This document shows positions 10,069-22,842 of a stretch of DNA of 64,000 bases, piece by piece (position 1 is the first letter of the stretch; each line of letters starts with the position of its first letter). This stretch comes from Dendrobates tinctorius. Taxonomy: Eukaryota. The notes under the pieces are model-generated. The model worked only from the letters and a program-made list of their open reading frames with translations, had not been told where the DNA came from and ran no database searches. The translations under genes and the position numbers were made by a program. The DNA is taken from the NCBI RefSeq assembly GCF_039654945.1, contig NW_027361750.1, forward strand, positions 12,028,001 to 12,092,000. The letters are read 5' to 3'.

Positions 10069-11624
10069 GTGGGGCAACTTCTCCATTTTTCTCATGTACT
10101 AACTTTGACAAATCTCCCTACTTTTCTACTTTTATTTTTTTCCTTATCTGCAAAACAAAACAAAAAATGCAAATCATAAAGTGTGACTGCAGACTTATGA
10201 ATCCCCCCCAGTGCATGCACGTACTGCCGGGAACGACGGTGATGTATGAGTTGTGCATATTCCCGGCCAAAGCCTAACTAGTCTAGTGACGCGGCCGTCC
10301 AGTGGGCGTGGCTGTCCAGTGGGCATGGCATCACTTAACACAAGGGTGTGGAGCGAGGCCACACCCACTATTTGGGTTCTGACCGGGAGTATGTATAACG
10401 CATACATACCTTCAGGTCCTAGGTCAGACACTGGTGAATCCCCACAGCGCACCTTGAGTGTAGACTGTAGACTTACTAATTTAGACCAAGCAACCCCTTT
10501 AACTTCATGTATCATATGCACATTGTGTGGCTCTATAATTTATTGCTTGGACAGCTTCTTGCATTCTATATTGCTTTGTTATTTCCATCTATGTATTGTG
10601 CACAGTTTGAGCCTAATAAGTGTATACTGTAGGGCATTACTATATACACCGCAGCAATATTTTGGTGATGTTATCGGACATGGTGGGTGCTACTCTAATT
10701 CCAGTAGGTTAATGTTAGTTCTGTAATACATAGCACTGTAATTTGGGTATTTTATGACACTATATTATTTAAATACATTTTGCACACTTTGCTATACTAT
10801 TAGTTACACGCTGTATGGTTGTTTTATTTGGTCTTTGTAAAGCACTATTGTAAAGGTCACCTGGGACAAGGATCACATCAGTGACCCCCTGACACCATTG
10901 AAAAAAAAGGTTCTATGTGTGATGTTTCATCTCCCAGACACTTTTCCAAATGGCTGCATACTTCTAAATGACAATGACCTTGGGAATCCCTGCTTATATC
11001 AATGAAAGAGAGTCTTCGATTTATAAAAAAAAATTGTTTCTTTATTAACAAGTACATTCAGATGATAGCAGGCACAAGGCTTAGTGAATACACCTTCTTT
11101 TATCAATAGAGGTTAAAGCCTTTCAATAGAGTACACTTGGTTCCATCGTTTTCCCTAAAATTTTCCTTCTGACTTTGGCCAAGCTTCAGTGCAGTATCTC
11201 AGGCTCTAACCTGGCAAGCAAGGCTTTTCTCTTCTGGAACTTTCAGGAACAGCCTATACTGACCATTCCCTTTCTTTGCTGCGTCAGGGTCCCTCTTAAC
11301 CCATTGCTGTGCCTGTCCAGATTCCTGGCTCTTTATAGAGCAGAACCTGATTTAATTTTGTTCATTATCTCAAACCTGGGGTTACCAACTTTATCTGTGT
11401 CCTCTTGCTGTGATTATCAATTCAACCTGCCACTGTTCATCCACTTTACTTCTTGCTCTCACTGATCTCTCTGTCCTGTATACACTGCAGCCTAACACAC
11501 ACACTACTACTTCTAACTACGAGCTACTCAAGTAACTCTGAATGCTCAGCATCTGTCACATAAACTGTAATCAAACTTTTTTTATTTATAATTTTTACAA
11601 ACATATCATAATATTTTGACCTCG

Positions 11625-12046
11625 TTATGAAACTTTGTAAATCACTTTATTAGGATTTTGTAAAAATTGCATGTAATTGGCTTCCAAATCCCCGCTTTTA
11701 CCAGGTCTGTTTGCCTGCCTTTACCTGCACTGATATCAGACCGTACGAACTTGGAGTACAGATGATGGCAGTGCAAGGCTATACTTAGCACCTATGTCTC
11801 ACTAACTCTGGATTTAAGCTGTTGCAGGACATTGCTCTGATATGCACCACGCTCAGAGGAGGACACAGGTGTTAAGCCTTTCACTGCCATCATCTGTACT
11901 CCAAGTGAGTACGTTCTCATATCAATGTAGGTAAAGGCTGGTAAATAGACAGACGGAAAAGCAGAAGTTCAAAGCCACTTATATGCATTTTTTTTTACAG
12001 TAATGGAGACAAATTTTCTAATTAAGTGACTTACAAGGTTTCATAA
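11625..12046. mobile_element. Foldback MITE
   Basis: Long inverted arms: ttatgaaac...cttggagtacagatgatggcagtg versus cactgccatcatctgtactccaag...gtttcataa. Confidence 0.7.
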
Positions 12047-12547
12047 CTGTCCATGCTACACAAAATTATGAAAAAAAAATAAAAGTTTAGCTAATCCTTA
12101 ATCTTCTCCCTGCTACAGGGTCTTCAAGAAAACCATTGTCTCTCTCCTAACCCTGTGTCTGCAAGTGCTGGTTTTATCAATAAAACTGCATTTATAGCAG
12201 TCACATTGCATATGAAGCAACTACTTACTACTGAGTAACACAACAGGGCAGCAAATATGAAAGACAAGGAATGATACACTACAGCATCATGCAATCGCAG
12301 AACAATCTTCAGGGATGCCAACAATCCTCCACTCCATTCAGCCATTATTTGGCACTATTAATTGTGCCTTGTGTACGTAACGCAGAAACAGATGGGAGAT
12401 TTCAATTTTCTAAAACAATTTTGAAAAATAAAATGAATATGTTTTTAATGGCAACTACAACAATTTTAATTAGTAATTGCTTTTATTTATCAAAACTTTT
12501 ATAACTTTATTACTTGCATACTTTATGGCTTTGTTGTATAGTCCTTA

Positions 12548-13488
12548 TGTGAGGAGACTGCAGGCACGTAGGATGCAGTAACGGACCATACACAGACCAA
12601 GGGTGATAGGGGTTAATTTTACAACAGACAACTCCACGCAGGGAGAAAACAAAGCGATATTATTCCCCAATACAGCGAATGTCTATTGGGGATAACTTAA
12701 GGCACAAGAATAAGTAAGGCAGACAGTACAATTAAATGCTACTTATCCCTCAGTTGTCAGTCACAGTTAAACTCCTGACCGTGACTGGAGCCGCTTAGGA
12801 CGCGTCGCCATGGAGGTCTGACACAGTCCTGAGGAAGCTGGTATAATATATCCTGACGATGGCGGTGTCCTCTCATGGTCCTGACGATGGCAGCGACTCC
12901 TCAGGATCCTGATGCAGGTCTTGGGTCCAGAAGATGAAGCGATAAAGAGGGAAACGTCTTTTTCCTCAGCGGTGAGTGTCCCAACACTATGGAGACTTGC
13001 AGCACTGCCAAAACACAGTTTACAATGGGCAGCCAGGTTCGCTGTGTCGACTCGACACACAGCCAAGTCCAGTTCATAGACCTTGTCTCTCACAGTCAGT
13101 GCTGTCGGCGGGGGTGGCTGTGGCAGAGTTGTCAGCTGTGTCAGCGGTCTCAGCAAGGGCAGAGATGTCAGCGGGGAAAGTGGTGTCTCAGCGGAGCTCA
13201 GTCCATAGTCTCCTGTCAAAGCGCTCTGCCGTCCCAGGCTCTGCTCTACTCTGCCCAGTCGCCCCTCAGCTGATTTTACCTCACAGGTCCTCGCGCGCTC
13301 GACGTTCCCGCCCAAACTGTTTGAATACTTTTGCTTGCACCTTCTCTCAGCATGGCCACGCCCCTTTTGCTCAAGTACAGGAAGTGGTCTTGCGCTTTAA
13401 TCTTTCCCCACTGAGACTTAAGTGACAGCCCCAACGGTTCCGGACCCATCACGGAGGTGACATGCCTAACTAGTTCCTTCCCCTTACA
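12548..13488. mobile_element. Solo LTR, 941 bp
   Basis: TGTGAGG...CCTTACA termini; 4-bp TSD ctta at 12544-12547 and 13489-13492; GC-rich interior with no recognisable coding domain. Confidence 0.7.
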
Positions 13489-15322
13489 CTTATATTTGGT
13501 TCATATATATTGTTTGGACAAACACAAAGTGTAGAAAATTAAAAAAGTAAAACAATAAAAGAAAACCTTATTAATGTTTAATAATAGTAGTTCCATTGTT
13601 TCAGTAATTTTGGTTTGCTATAGAGCGGTCAAAAGTGATCCTATTGGATTTGATCGTAGGATGCACCATAGTCAGCTGTAAACTTGGTTCTTTTCAGCTG
13701 CATAACTAATTTTGGTGAAACAAGTGATAAAACAAATTCTTCTTTCCTGTCTCCTGTTTACGGTATAATTTTGATTTTCTGATTATTGTAAACTATGTTA
13801 AAACGGCAGGAGACAGATCCAATTTATTTCCTATTACCGTCACATCACAGAAGAATACACATGTACCAGTGGCAGAATATAACAAACAGACAGTGAAATT
13901 TTGATAATCAGATAGTGCTTTCCCAGCTCTACAAAGAACTCTGACCTCCCTCCTGTTGTTCTGTTCCCTGGAGATAAATGGTGTTATTCAAAGAAACTAA
14001 TTTTGTTTTGCCATCACTGTGTTAGCATTTTTTTTCTTGTAACTGAAAGCAATTGAATGCAGACATCTGCCCGCTGCATGCTGTTGTCTCCCCCCCAGCC
14101 CTTCCCAGATCACTTGCACTGTCAGAAGTTGTGTGCCGCTAGTGCAAATCTAATATATATTTAGCAGGAAATGATATGAAATCAATATTCCTTCTTTTAC
14201 GTAGGAGCCAATGGAAATCGTGTTCTCCGGTAGGGGTAACGTGTTTGGTATCTGCTGCCTCTGCCGTCTGACATCTCCGAAACGCAGTACAATTAATGAT
14301 GTATTTGCAAACAAATCGTCTTCCCCTAACGCTCACTGATTGAGAGTGGGAGTTTCCTACGTGGTGTCTCGTTCACATCACATGCTTATTTTTTTTTAAT
14401 TTCTAGAGCAAGGTTGGTGACAGCTGAAGAAGTCTGTATTTTCTGAAGAGCAGCATGATGGTAGAGAGGAGCTGGGCTCCTGGGGGAGATCTAATGGTTC
14501 CTCTCCTTCCTGCACAGAGATAAAGACTTATAATAAGCGTGTATGTTCACCATCTGGCTCTGTGCATGTGGTCCTTATGGAGGCGAAAGCGGCACAATCT
14601 GTAAATGATCAGGAGCCATAGAACACCCTCCAGAGAATCCACGATGCAATCAAGGTGACAGATGGCATGGACACTGCTGTGGCCTTACAGAGAAGAACAA
14701 AATCACCTTCAATAAACTCTGACTGGAATGGGCATGAGCACCTCAAAAAGTCAGTTTGTCAGTCAAACTGCGACAGCAAAGCTGCATTGAGGGAAACATA
14801 GCGGCCAGCTCTCTGTTTTCAATCGTTTCCATCTGACTAAGCCTGAACTATGATCTTTTTTTTTTTTCTCTCCCTCCGACAAATTGTCCTCTCTGTTTAG
14901 CTGAAGCAGGCCAGCAAATTACCAGATTCATAGTTTTATTGAAGGAAATTGAAAACATGATGTCCTCAATTCTAGGGACAAACAGCTGGCAGGTGTTGTG
15001 ACGTACGTAAACATCTAATGGACCCCCCCGATTTAATGATCATTTCATATGGCGCGCTCGTAGTCGTTCTTTGTGAAGCATCTACCTCGAATTCCGCGTT
15101 GTTTAATGCTTGCCATTATTGAAATACTGAGGCCAAAACAATTTTTACTTCCGATGCTGATGATTGCATTTCAGTTTCTTAATGAATGGCATTGTTTTTT
15201 CCTTCAGCATTTTGTACCAGATTTTCACACAATTAATTGTTCAATTTTAGTTTGGAGTATAAAATCATTAATAATATGTTTTTTTTACATTTATTACGGT
15301 CTTAACATTGTAATTTTATGAT

Positions 15323-15478
15323 TCTATCTATCTATCTATCTATCTATCTTCCCAACATTATATAAATACTGTATACACAGTATATATATTCTAATTTGTT
15401 CCTTATCTGTATATATTCTAATAGATAATAGATGGACATATAGATAGATTGATAGATAGATAGATAGATAGATAGATA
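15323..15478. repeat. (TCTA)n and (GATA)n microsatellites in inverted arrangement
   Basis: ctatctatct... at 15323-15348 and gatagataga... at 15420-15478. Confidence 0.85.
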
Positions 15479-16666
15479 TGGAATATGTAGATAAAATAAT
15501 AATCAGATAAAATTAGAATTATATATTTTAAGCACTGGTGATAGCACTGAATTGCAAATAATAGCACATGACAGCACAAAGTTTAGGGCAAAAGCACAAA
15601 GGCAAATATTAAAATCATCTTTTACTTTGCATTTTCTAATTAATCTTTAGTGAACAGTAAATCTGGTAAATCCATAATGATGTGCACAATTTTTTCCTGC
15701 TGCACGTGAATAGGTTCAGATTTATATTATAGTTTAATGAAAGGTTTCTAGTTTTTACATGGAATTCTCAAAATCTTAAAAAAAGCAAAAAAAAAAGCAA
15801 AGCAAAAACCTGAGAGAACTAAGTTAGTGAGGACCTGTCAGTTTTTCTAACAGGTAAATACATTCTTTCCGTATAAAATAAAAATTCTAAAACATAAAAC
15901 ATCTTTTCTTAGTAGTATACATTGTGCTGCTTCTCCTATATTCCTATTGATATGGAAATTAGATTGTGAGCCCAAATGACAGTGATGATGATGTCTATAT
16001 TAAAGCTTGCTTTAAAAGTAAATAAAATAAAAAAAGTGGTTACTAATCCACCTGTCGATGGGAGCGTCCCTTCTCCATCTGATACTGACCAATCAGTGCA
16101 GGCTGTCTAGGGACATACCCACAGAATAACACAATAATGTAGAGTTAGGGCAGTCCGAGAACAATCCGACAAAGCACTGAATCGCACTTGTACCAATGTT
16201 AAGCTATTGGGCCGCGGAAAAAAATCAGACTGCTAGCGGATTACATCTGAGTGCAATCCAATTTTCGCGGGCTCACAGAATAGAGAAAATGGAGACTTTT
16301 TTTCTCTATCTTCTTTCTCTTCATTCGAGAGAATCAGATCACACTCAGATCAGAGTGCTGTTTGCATAATCGACCTGATTTTCTCGAATAAGCGGATCTA
16401 CGGCCGTCTGCACCTGCACTTATAAGAAAAGATGTCAGAATTGTTATTTTTTTAATATATAGAAAAGGAAAAACTGAATAGAGCTCTCCATCTAATAGGA
16501 TAGGGACAAGTCCATAAATCTTATAAATAGTCTAAGGTGTAATAGAGGGCACTGGGCGGGTTCCCAGGTTAAACAGATATAATAATAATCCACAAGTGAT
16601 AGTCTCCAGCACCAAGCAAACAATAAAACATAACTTTTAATGCGTCAAATTATTAATTTATAGCTA

Positions 16667-17580
16667 CAGGAAAGATGTATATCTTTGTACCGTGTTAGCC
16701 AGTAGATAGAAAAATATTCAGGATTGAGAGTCCTCAGTAGTTGATACCTTTTAATGGCTAACTGAAAAGATGGTAATACATTGCAAGCTTTCGAGACTAC
16801 TCAGGTCTCTTCATCAGGCTAGACTAATACAAAATCTGAAGTCACATATTTATGCACAATACAGCCTAGAAAAAATGCAATAGATAAGACAAGTGACGTG
16901 AAGCAGAACTATCAATATGGGAGAGGGAGAAACATAAATATAAACATTGGACGAGTTCATAGATAAGGAGTCTGGATGTTTTATGGTCCTCTGATTGGGG
17001 TCTAGTTCTGTGTTGCCCCGCAAGGTTTTAAAAGGAAATTCCTTAATTGATGTAAAAAGACATAAATCCATGCGACACATTCATTCCAGCACTGAGAGTG
17101 TCAAAGTTCGTCATAAATTTGTACTCCCAAACTCGTCTCTCTCTCTGAGATGTGAAGTTACCTTTCAATACCAGTAATTTCATATCCATGCTGCTGTGAT
17201 CAGGGATACAGAAATGTTTTGCCACAGGTAGATCCATTCTTTTTTCTCTTATTGTGTGACGATGAGCATTCATCCTTGTTCTAAGCTTTTGCCCTGTCTC
17301 CCCCACATACAGACCCCCAGTTGGACATTTAGTACAAATAATTAAGTACACCACATTAGATGTAATGCAGGTGAAAGTACCTGGGATCTTGTAGTCCTGA
17401 TGTGAGTTGGGGATCTTTATCTTGTCCGTGGTCATTATAAATGGACAGGTTTTACATTTTTTTTTGGTTGCAAGGAAAGGTTCCTGCAGCTGTTGGAGAG
17501 GACAGGGAGCTTCTGACAATGATGCTTCTTAAATTTGGGGGCTGCCTAAAACACAGCAGTGGGGGGTCTGGAAAAATGGA
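16667..17580 (-). repeat. Inverted copy of the PLE-2 3' end (GIY-YIG part, pLTR and tail)
   Basis: Reverse complement of ~19003-19915; ORF 17043-17519 carries the same C-terminus. Confidence 0.95.
16783..16819 (-). ncRNA. Minimal hammerhead ribozyme in the PLE-2 inverted pLTR
   Basis: gc-CUGAUGA-a-GAGAC/GUCUC-GAAAGCUU-gc. Confidence 0.75.
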
Positions 17581-19538
17581 CACCTCCACCTGGACGCAAC
17601 CCTCATTTGGATAAATATATAGACTCCTTCAGACATTTGATAAAATCCACAATCATAGACACTAACAGGAGACAAGCATCCAACATCAGTGCCCAGGAGA
17701 GAAAGGCCATACAGTCTTTAAAAACCAACAAAGAAATCATCATTAAACCTGCTGACAAGGGAGGTGCAATAGTCATGATGAATACGTCAGACTACATGAA
17801 GGAAGCAAACAGGCAACTTATGGACACATGCTACTATAGAAAATTGGAGTCGGATCCTACACAGGACTATTACAAGGAACTAAACAAGTTGGTTTCTTGT
17901 CTGCCTGACCAGTCCATAAGAGCTGGCGATGACCTGATACCAGAGACTCCAAGAATAGGGACATTCTACATGCTTCCCAAAATCCACAAATCTGGAAATC
18001 CAGGAAGACCAATTATTTCATGTGTGGGCACCCTCACTGAGCAGGTATCTGGATGGGTAGAGGGTATTCTTAAACCACTGGTGAAGGATACATCCAGCTA
18101 CATTCAGGACACAACTGACCTATTGAATAAACTAGCAGCAATAGGTCCTCTACCAGAAGGAACCATCCTGGCCACCATGGATGTGGAATCTTTGTACTCT
18201 AATATCCCACACCAAGATGGTTTACATGCCTGCAAATTCTTCATGGAAAACACAGGGACTGATGCTGATGCTGTGGTGAAACTTATAAAATTCATCCTCA
18301 CCCACAATTACTTTGAATTTGACAACAGGATCTATCTACAGGAGACTGGCACAGCTATGGGAAGTAAAATGGCTCCACAGTATGCAAATCTTTTCATGGC
18401 CAAGCTTGAAAGCGATTTTTTGTCCTCATGCCCCATCAGGCCCCTGGCCTACTACCGCTTCATTGATGATATTTTAATCATCTGGACGGAGTCTGAGCAA
18501 CAGCTAAAGACGTTCCACGAACAGTTTAATCAATTTCATCCCACCATCAATTTAACACTCAACTACTCCAGTACCGAGATTAATTTTTTGGACACCATCA
18601 TTAAGCTAAAAAACAATGAAATAGAGACATCCCTGTATCAGAAGCCAATCGACCGTCCAACATACCTTAAATGGGACAGTTTCCATCCAAAACACATAAA
18701 GAACTCTATTATCTATAGCCAAGCCATCAGATACAATCGTATATGTTCCAACCCCATGGATAGAGACAAACACCTTGGTCGCCTCAAAAAAACCTTTTTG
18801 AATCAGGGTTACCATCCAAGAACAATTGAAAACCAAATTACAAGAGCCACCAGATTGTCAAGGAATCACCTGCTACATTACAAAGCTAAAGAAGAAAATA
18901 ACCGAGTGCCTCTAGTAGTCACCTACAACCCAAATCTGGAGGTGCTAAGGGGAGCTGCACGGAAATTACAACCTTTACTACAAAAAGATGCCCGATTAAA
19001 ATCCATTTTTCCAGACCCCCCACTGCTGTGTTTTAGGCAGCCCCCAAATTTAAGAAGCATCATTGTCAGAAGCTCCCTGTCCTCTCCAACAGCTGCAGGA
19101 ACCTTTCCTTGCAACCAGAAAAAATGTAAAACCTGTCCATTTATAATGACCACGGACAAGATAAAGATCCCCAACTCACATCAGGACTACAAGATCCCAG
19201 GTACTTTCACCTGCATTACATCTAATGTGGTGTACTTAATTATTTGTACTAAATGTCCAACTGGGGGTCTGTATGTGGGGGAGACAGGGCAAAAGCTTAG
19301 AACAAGGATGAATGCTCATCGTCACACAATAAGAGAAAAAAGAATGGATCTACCTGTGGCAAAACATTTCTGTATCCCTGATCACAGCAGCATGGATATG
19401 AAATTACTGGTATTGAAAGGTAACTTCACATCTCAGAGAGAGAGACGAGTTTGGGAGTACAAATTTATGACGAACTTTGACACTCTCAGTGCTGGAATGA
19501 ATGTGTCGCATGGATTTATGTCTTTTTACATCAATTAA
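17577..19538 (+). pseudogene. 5'-truncated tandem copy of the PLE-2 ORF; the GTG at 17559 comes from the inversion junction
   Basis: Protein identical to the 886-aa ORF from WTPPPGRN onward. Confidence 0.92.
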
Positions 19539-19761
19539 GGAATTTCCTTTTAAAACCTTGCGGGGCAACACAGAACTAGACCCCAATCAGAGGACCATAA
19601 AACATCCAGACTCCTTATCTATGAACTGGTCCAATGTTTATATTTATGTTTCTCCCTCTCCCATATTGATAGTTCTGCTTCACGTCACTTGTCTTATCTA
19701 TTGCATTTTTTCTAGGCTGTATTGTGCATAAATATGTGACTTCAGATTTTGTATTAGTCTA

Positions 19762-19798
19762 GCCTGATGAAGAGACCTGAGTAGTCTCGAAAGCTTGC
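19762..19798 (+). ncRNA. Minimal hammerhead ribozyme in the PLE-2 internal pLTR
   Basis: ctgatga at 19764-19770, gagac/gtctc stem II, gaaagctt with palindromic AGCU stem III. Confidence 0.78.
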
Positions 19799-19921
19799 AA
19801 TGTATTACCATCTTTTCAGTTAGCCATTAAAAGGTATCAACTACTGAGGACTCTCAATCCTGAATATTTTTCTATCTACTGGCTAACACGGTACAAAGAT
19901 ATACATCTTTCCTGTATCAAA

Positions 19922-22582
19922 ATGGAGGATACCAGAATGTACCGCATCTTTATGGAACTAAAACCACTTCTGAAGAAACGTGCACAAATGGACAGCGACA
20001 TTTTTTTCTTATCTAAATGCAAAAAGGAGAATCTAATTCCCAAAGGACTCTGGATTACAAACCCAATTCTTCATACCTACAATACCCATTATGCACAAAA
20101 CCTTTGTCACAGGACTTCTGAGAGACTAAGGAACCACCTTTTACATGTCTGCTACAGCATAAGGAGTAAAGTCCAGGGGCAATTTGAAACTCTGAGGAAA
20201 ACACTTACAGAAAGCACAGAGCAAAAATTACAACAATACTACAACAAACTACGGACCTTTCTGGTTCATAACAAGGAAAAGAAACTACACAGACTGCGTC
20301 TCAATTCAGGACTCTATACAAACAGATACGAAACAAATCCAAAACCTGACAACTTGGACAACCACTCCATTCCAGACACAAAAGCATCTAACTGTGTCAT
20401 CAATCTCTCAGATTATAAACCCAACAAAGTGGAACTGGCCGTGCTTTCTAGAGGACTCTCATTTTGTCCCACTAAGGCCCTAGATAAAACTGAACTCTGC
20501 AGTGATATGGAACAGTATTTCAGGAGACTGCGCCTGAGGGAATATTTCAATGATACAGAAGATTCAGAAAACACTCAGACCGAAGGAAAAGGGATCGTAA
20601 CAACTAGGAAAAGGTCAGACTGGACACCTCCACCTGGACGCAACCCTCATTTGGATAAATATATAGACTCCTTCAGACATTTGATAAAATCCACAATCAT
20701 AGACACTAACAGGAGACAAGCATCCAACATCAGTGCCCAGGAGAGAAAGGCCATACAGTCTTTAAAAACCAACAAAGAAATCATCATTAAACCTGCTGAC
20801 AAGGGAGGTGCAATAGTCATGATGAATACGTCAGACTACATGAAGGAAGCAAACAGGCAACTTATGGACACATGCTACTATAGAAAATTGGAGTCGGATC
20901 CTACACAGGACTATTACAAGGAACTAAACAAGTTGGTTTCTTGTCTGCCTGACCAGTCCATAAGAGCTGGCGATGACCTGATACCAGAGACTCCAAGAAT
21001 AGGGACATTCTACATGCTTCCCAAAATCCACAAATCTGGAAATCCAGGAAGACCAATTATTTCATGTGTGGGCACCCTCACTGAGCAGGTATCTGGATGG
21101 GTAGAGGGTATTCTTAAACCACTGGTGAAGGATACATCCAGCTACATTCAGGACACAACTGACCTATTGAATAAACTAGCAGCAATAGGTCCTCTACCAG
21201 AAGGAACCATCCTGGCCACCATGGATGTGGAATCTTTGTACTCTAATATCCCACACCAAGATGGTTTACATGCCTGCAAATTCTTCATGGAAAACACAGG
21301 GACTGATGCTGATGCTGTGGTGAAACTTATAAAATTCATCCTCACCCACAATTACTTTGAATTTGACAACAGGATCTATCTACAGGAGACTGGCACAGCT
21401 ATGGGAAGTAAAATGGCTCCACAGTATGCAAATCTTTTCATGGCCAAGCTTGAAAGCGATTTTTTGTCCTCATGCCCCATCAGGCCCCTGGCCTACTACC
21501 GCTTCATTGATGATATTTTAATCATCTGGACGGAGTCTGAGCAACAGCTAAAGACGTTCCACGAACAGTTTAATCAATTTCATCCCACCATCAATTTAAC
21601 ACTCAACTACTCCAGTACCGAGATTAATTTTTTGGACACCATCATTAAGCTAAAAAACAATGAAATAGAGACATCCCTGTATCAGAAGCCAATCGACCGT
21701 CCAACATACCTTAAATGGGACAGTTTCCATCCAAAACACATAAAGAACTCTATTATCTATAGCCAAGCCATCAGATACAATCGTATATGTTCCAACCCCA
21801 TGGATAGAGACAAACACCTTGGTCGCCTCAAAAAAACCTTTTTGAATCAGGGTTACCATCCAAGAACAATTGAAAACCAAATTACAAGAGCCACCAGATT
21901 GTCAAGGAATCACCTGCTACATTACAAAGCTAAAGAAGAAAATAACCGAGTGCCTCTAGTAGTCACCTACAACCCAAATCTGGAGGTGCTAAGGGGAGCT
22001 GCACGGAAATTACAACCTTTACTACAAAAAGATGCCCGATTAAAATCCATTTTTCCAGACCCCCCACTGCTGTGTTTTAGGCAGCCCCCAAATTTAAGAA
22101 GCATCATTGTCAGAAGCTCCCTGTCCTCTCCAACAGCTGCAGGAACCTTTCCTTGCAACCAGAAAAAATGTAAAACCTGTCCATTTATAATGACCACGGA
22201 CAAGATAAAGATCCCCAACTCACATCAGGACTACAAGATCCCAGGTACTTTCACCTGCATTACATCTAATGTGGTGTACTTAATTATTTGTACTAAATGT
22301 CCAACTGGGGGTCTGTATGTGGGGGAGACAGGGCAAAAGCTTAGAACAAGGATGAATGCTCATCGTCACACAATAAGAGAAAAAAGAATGGATCTACCTG
22401 TGGCAAAACATTTCTGTATCCCTGATCACAGCAGCATGGATATGAAATTACTGGTATTGAAAGGTAACTTCACATCTCAGAGAGAGAGACGAGTTTGGGA
22501 GTACAAATTTATGACGAACTTTGACACTCTCAGTGCTGGAATGAATGTGTCGCATGGATTTATGTCTTTTTACATCAATTAA
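19922..22582 (+). CDS. Intact PLE polyprotein, 886 aa: N-terminal domain, RT, Cys linker, GIY-YIG endonuclease
   Basis: IPKGL, VINLS, IIKPADKGG, FYMLPKIHK, MDVESLYSNIP, GTAMGS, YYRFIDD, CNQKKCKTC, VVYLIICTKCPTGGLYVGET; no stops. Confidence 0.96.
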   Translation: MEDTRMYRIFMELKPLLKKRAQMDSDIFFLSKCKKENLIPKGLWITNPILHTYNTHYAQNLCHRTSERLRNHLLHVCYSIRSKVQGQFETLRKTLTESTEQKLQQYYNKLRTFLVHNKEKKLHRLRLNSGLYTNRYETNPKPDNLDNHSIPDTKASNCVINLSDYKPNKVELAVLSRGLSFCPTKALDKTELCSDMEQYFRRLRLREYFNDTEDSENTQTEGKGIVTTRKRSDWTPPPGRNPHLDKYIDSFRHLIKSTIIDTNRRQASNISAQERKAIQSLKTNKEIIIKPADKGGAIVMMNTSDYMKEANRQLMDTCYYRKLESDPTQDYYKELNKLVSCLPDQSIRAGDDLIPETPRIGTFYMLPKIHKSGNPGRPIISCVGTLTEQVSGWVEGILKPLVKDTSSYIQDTTDLLNKLAAIGPLPEGTILATMDVESLYSNIPHQDGLHACKFFMENTGTDADAVVKLIKFILTHNYFEFDNRIYLQETGTAMGSKMAPQYANLFMAKLESDFLSSCPIRPLAYYRFIDDILIIWTESEQQLKTFHEQFNQFHPTINLTLNYSSTEINFLDTIIKLKNNEIETSLYQKPIDRPTYLKWDSFHPKHIKNSIIYSQAIRYNRICSNPMDRDKHLGRLKKTFLNQGYHPRTIENQITRATRLSRNHLLHYKAKEENNRVPLVVTYNPNLEVLRGAARKLQPLLQKDARLKSIFPDPPLLCFRQPPNLRSIIVRSSLSSPTAAGTFPCNQKKCKTCPFIMTTDKIKIPNSHQDYKIPGTFTCITSNVVYLIICTKCPTGGLYVGETGQKLRTRMNAHRHTIREKRMDLPVAKHFCIPDHSSMDMKLLVLKGNFTSQRERRVWEYKFMTNFDTLSAGMNVSHGFMSFYIN

Positions 22583-22805
22583 GGAATTTCCTTTTAAAAC
22601 CTTGCGGGGCAACACAGAACTAGACCCCAATCAGAGGACCATAAAACATCCAGACTCCTTATCTATGAACTGGTCCAATGTTTATATTTATGTTTCTCCC
22701 TCTCCCATATTGATAGTTCTGCTTCACGTCACTTGTCTTATCTATTGCATTTTTTCTAGGCTGTATTGTGCATAAATATGTGACTTCAGATTTTGTATTA
22801 GGTTA

Positions 22806-22842
22806 GCCTGATGAAGAGACCTGAGTAGTCTCGAAAGCTTGC
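22806..22842 (+). ncRNA. Minimal hammerhead ribozyme in the PLE-2 3' pLTR
   Basis: Same core as at 19762. Confidence 0.78.

Noticed and set aside
12767-13425. Overlapping 94-182-aa ORFs as host genes
   Set aside because: They lie inside a GC-rich solo LTR and have no motifs.
14390-14460. Coding exon after the splice-acceptor-like tttctag
   Set aside because: All three frames hit a stop within about 40 nt.
19501-19731. 76-aa ORF repeated three times, and antisense ORFs within the PLE copies
   Set aside because: They recur only because the element is duplicated; no recognisable domain.
19922-22582. Selenoprotein (Naiad-type) or domain-permuted PLE
   Set aside because: No in-frame TGA, and the GIY-YIG domain is C-terminal.
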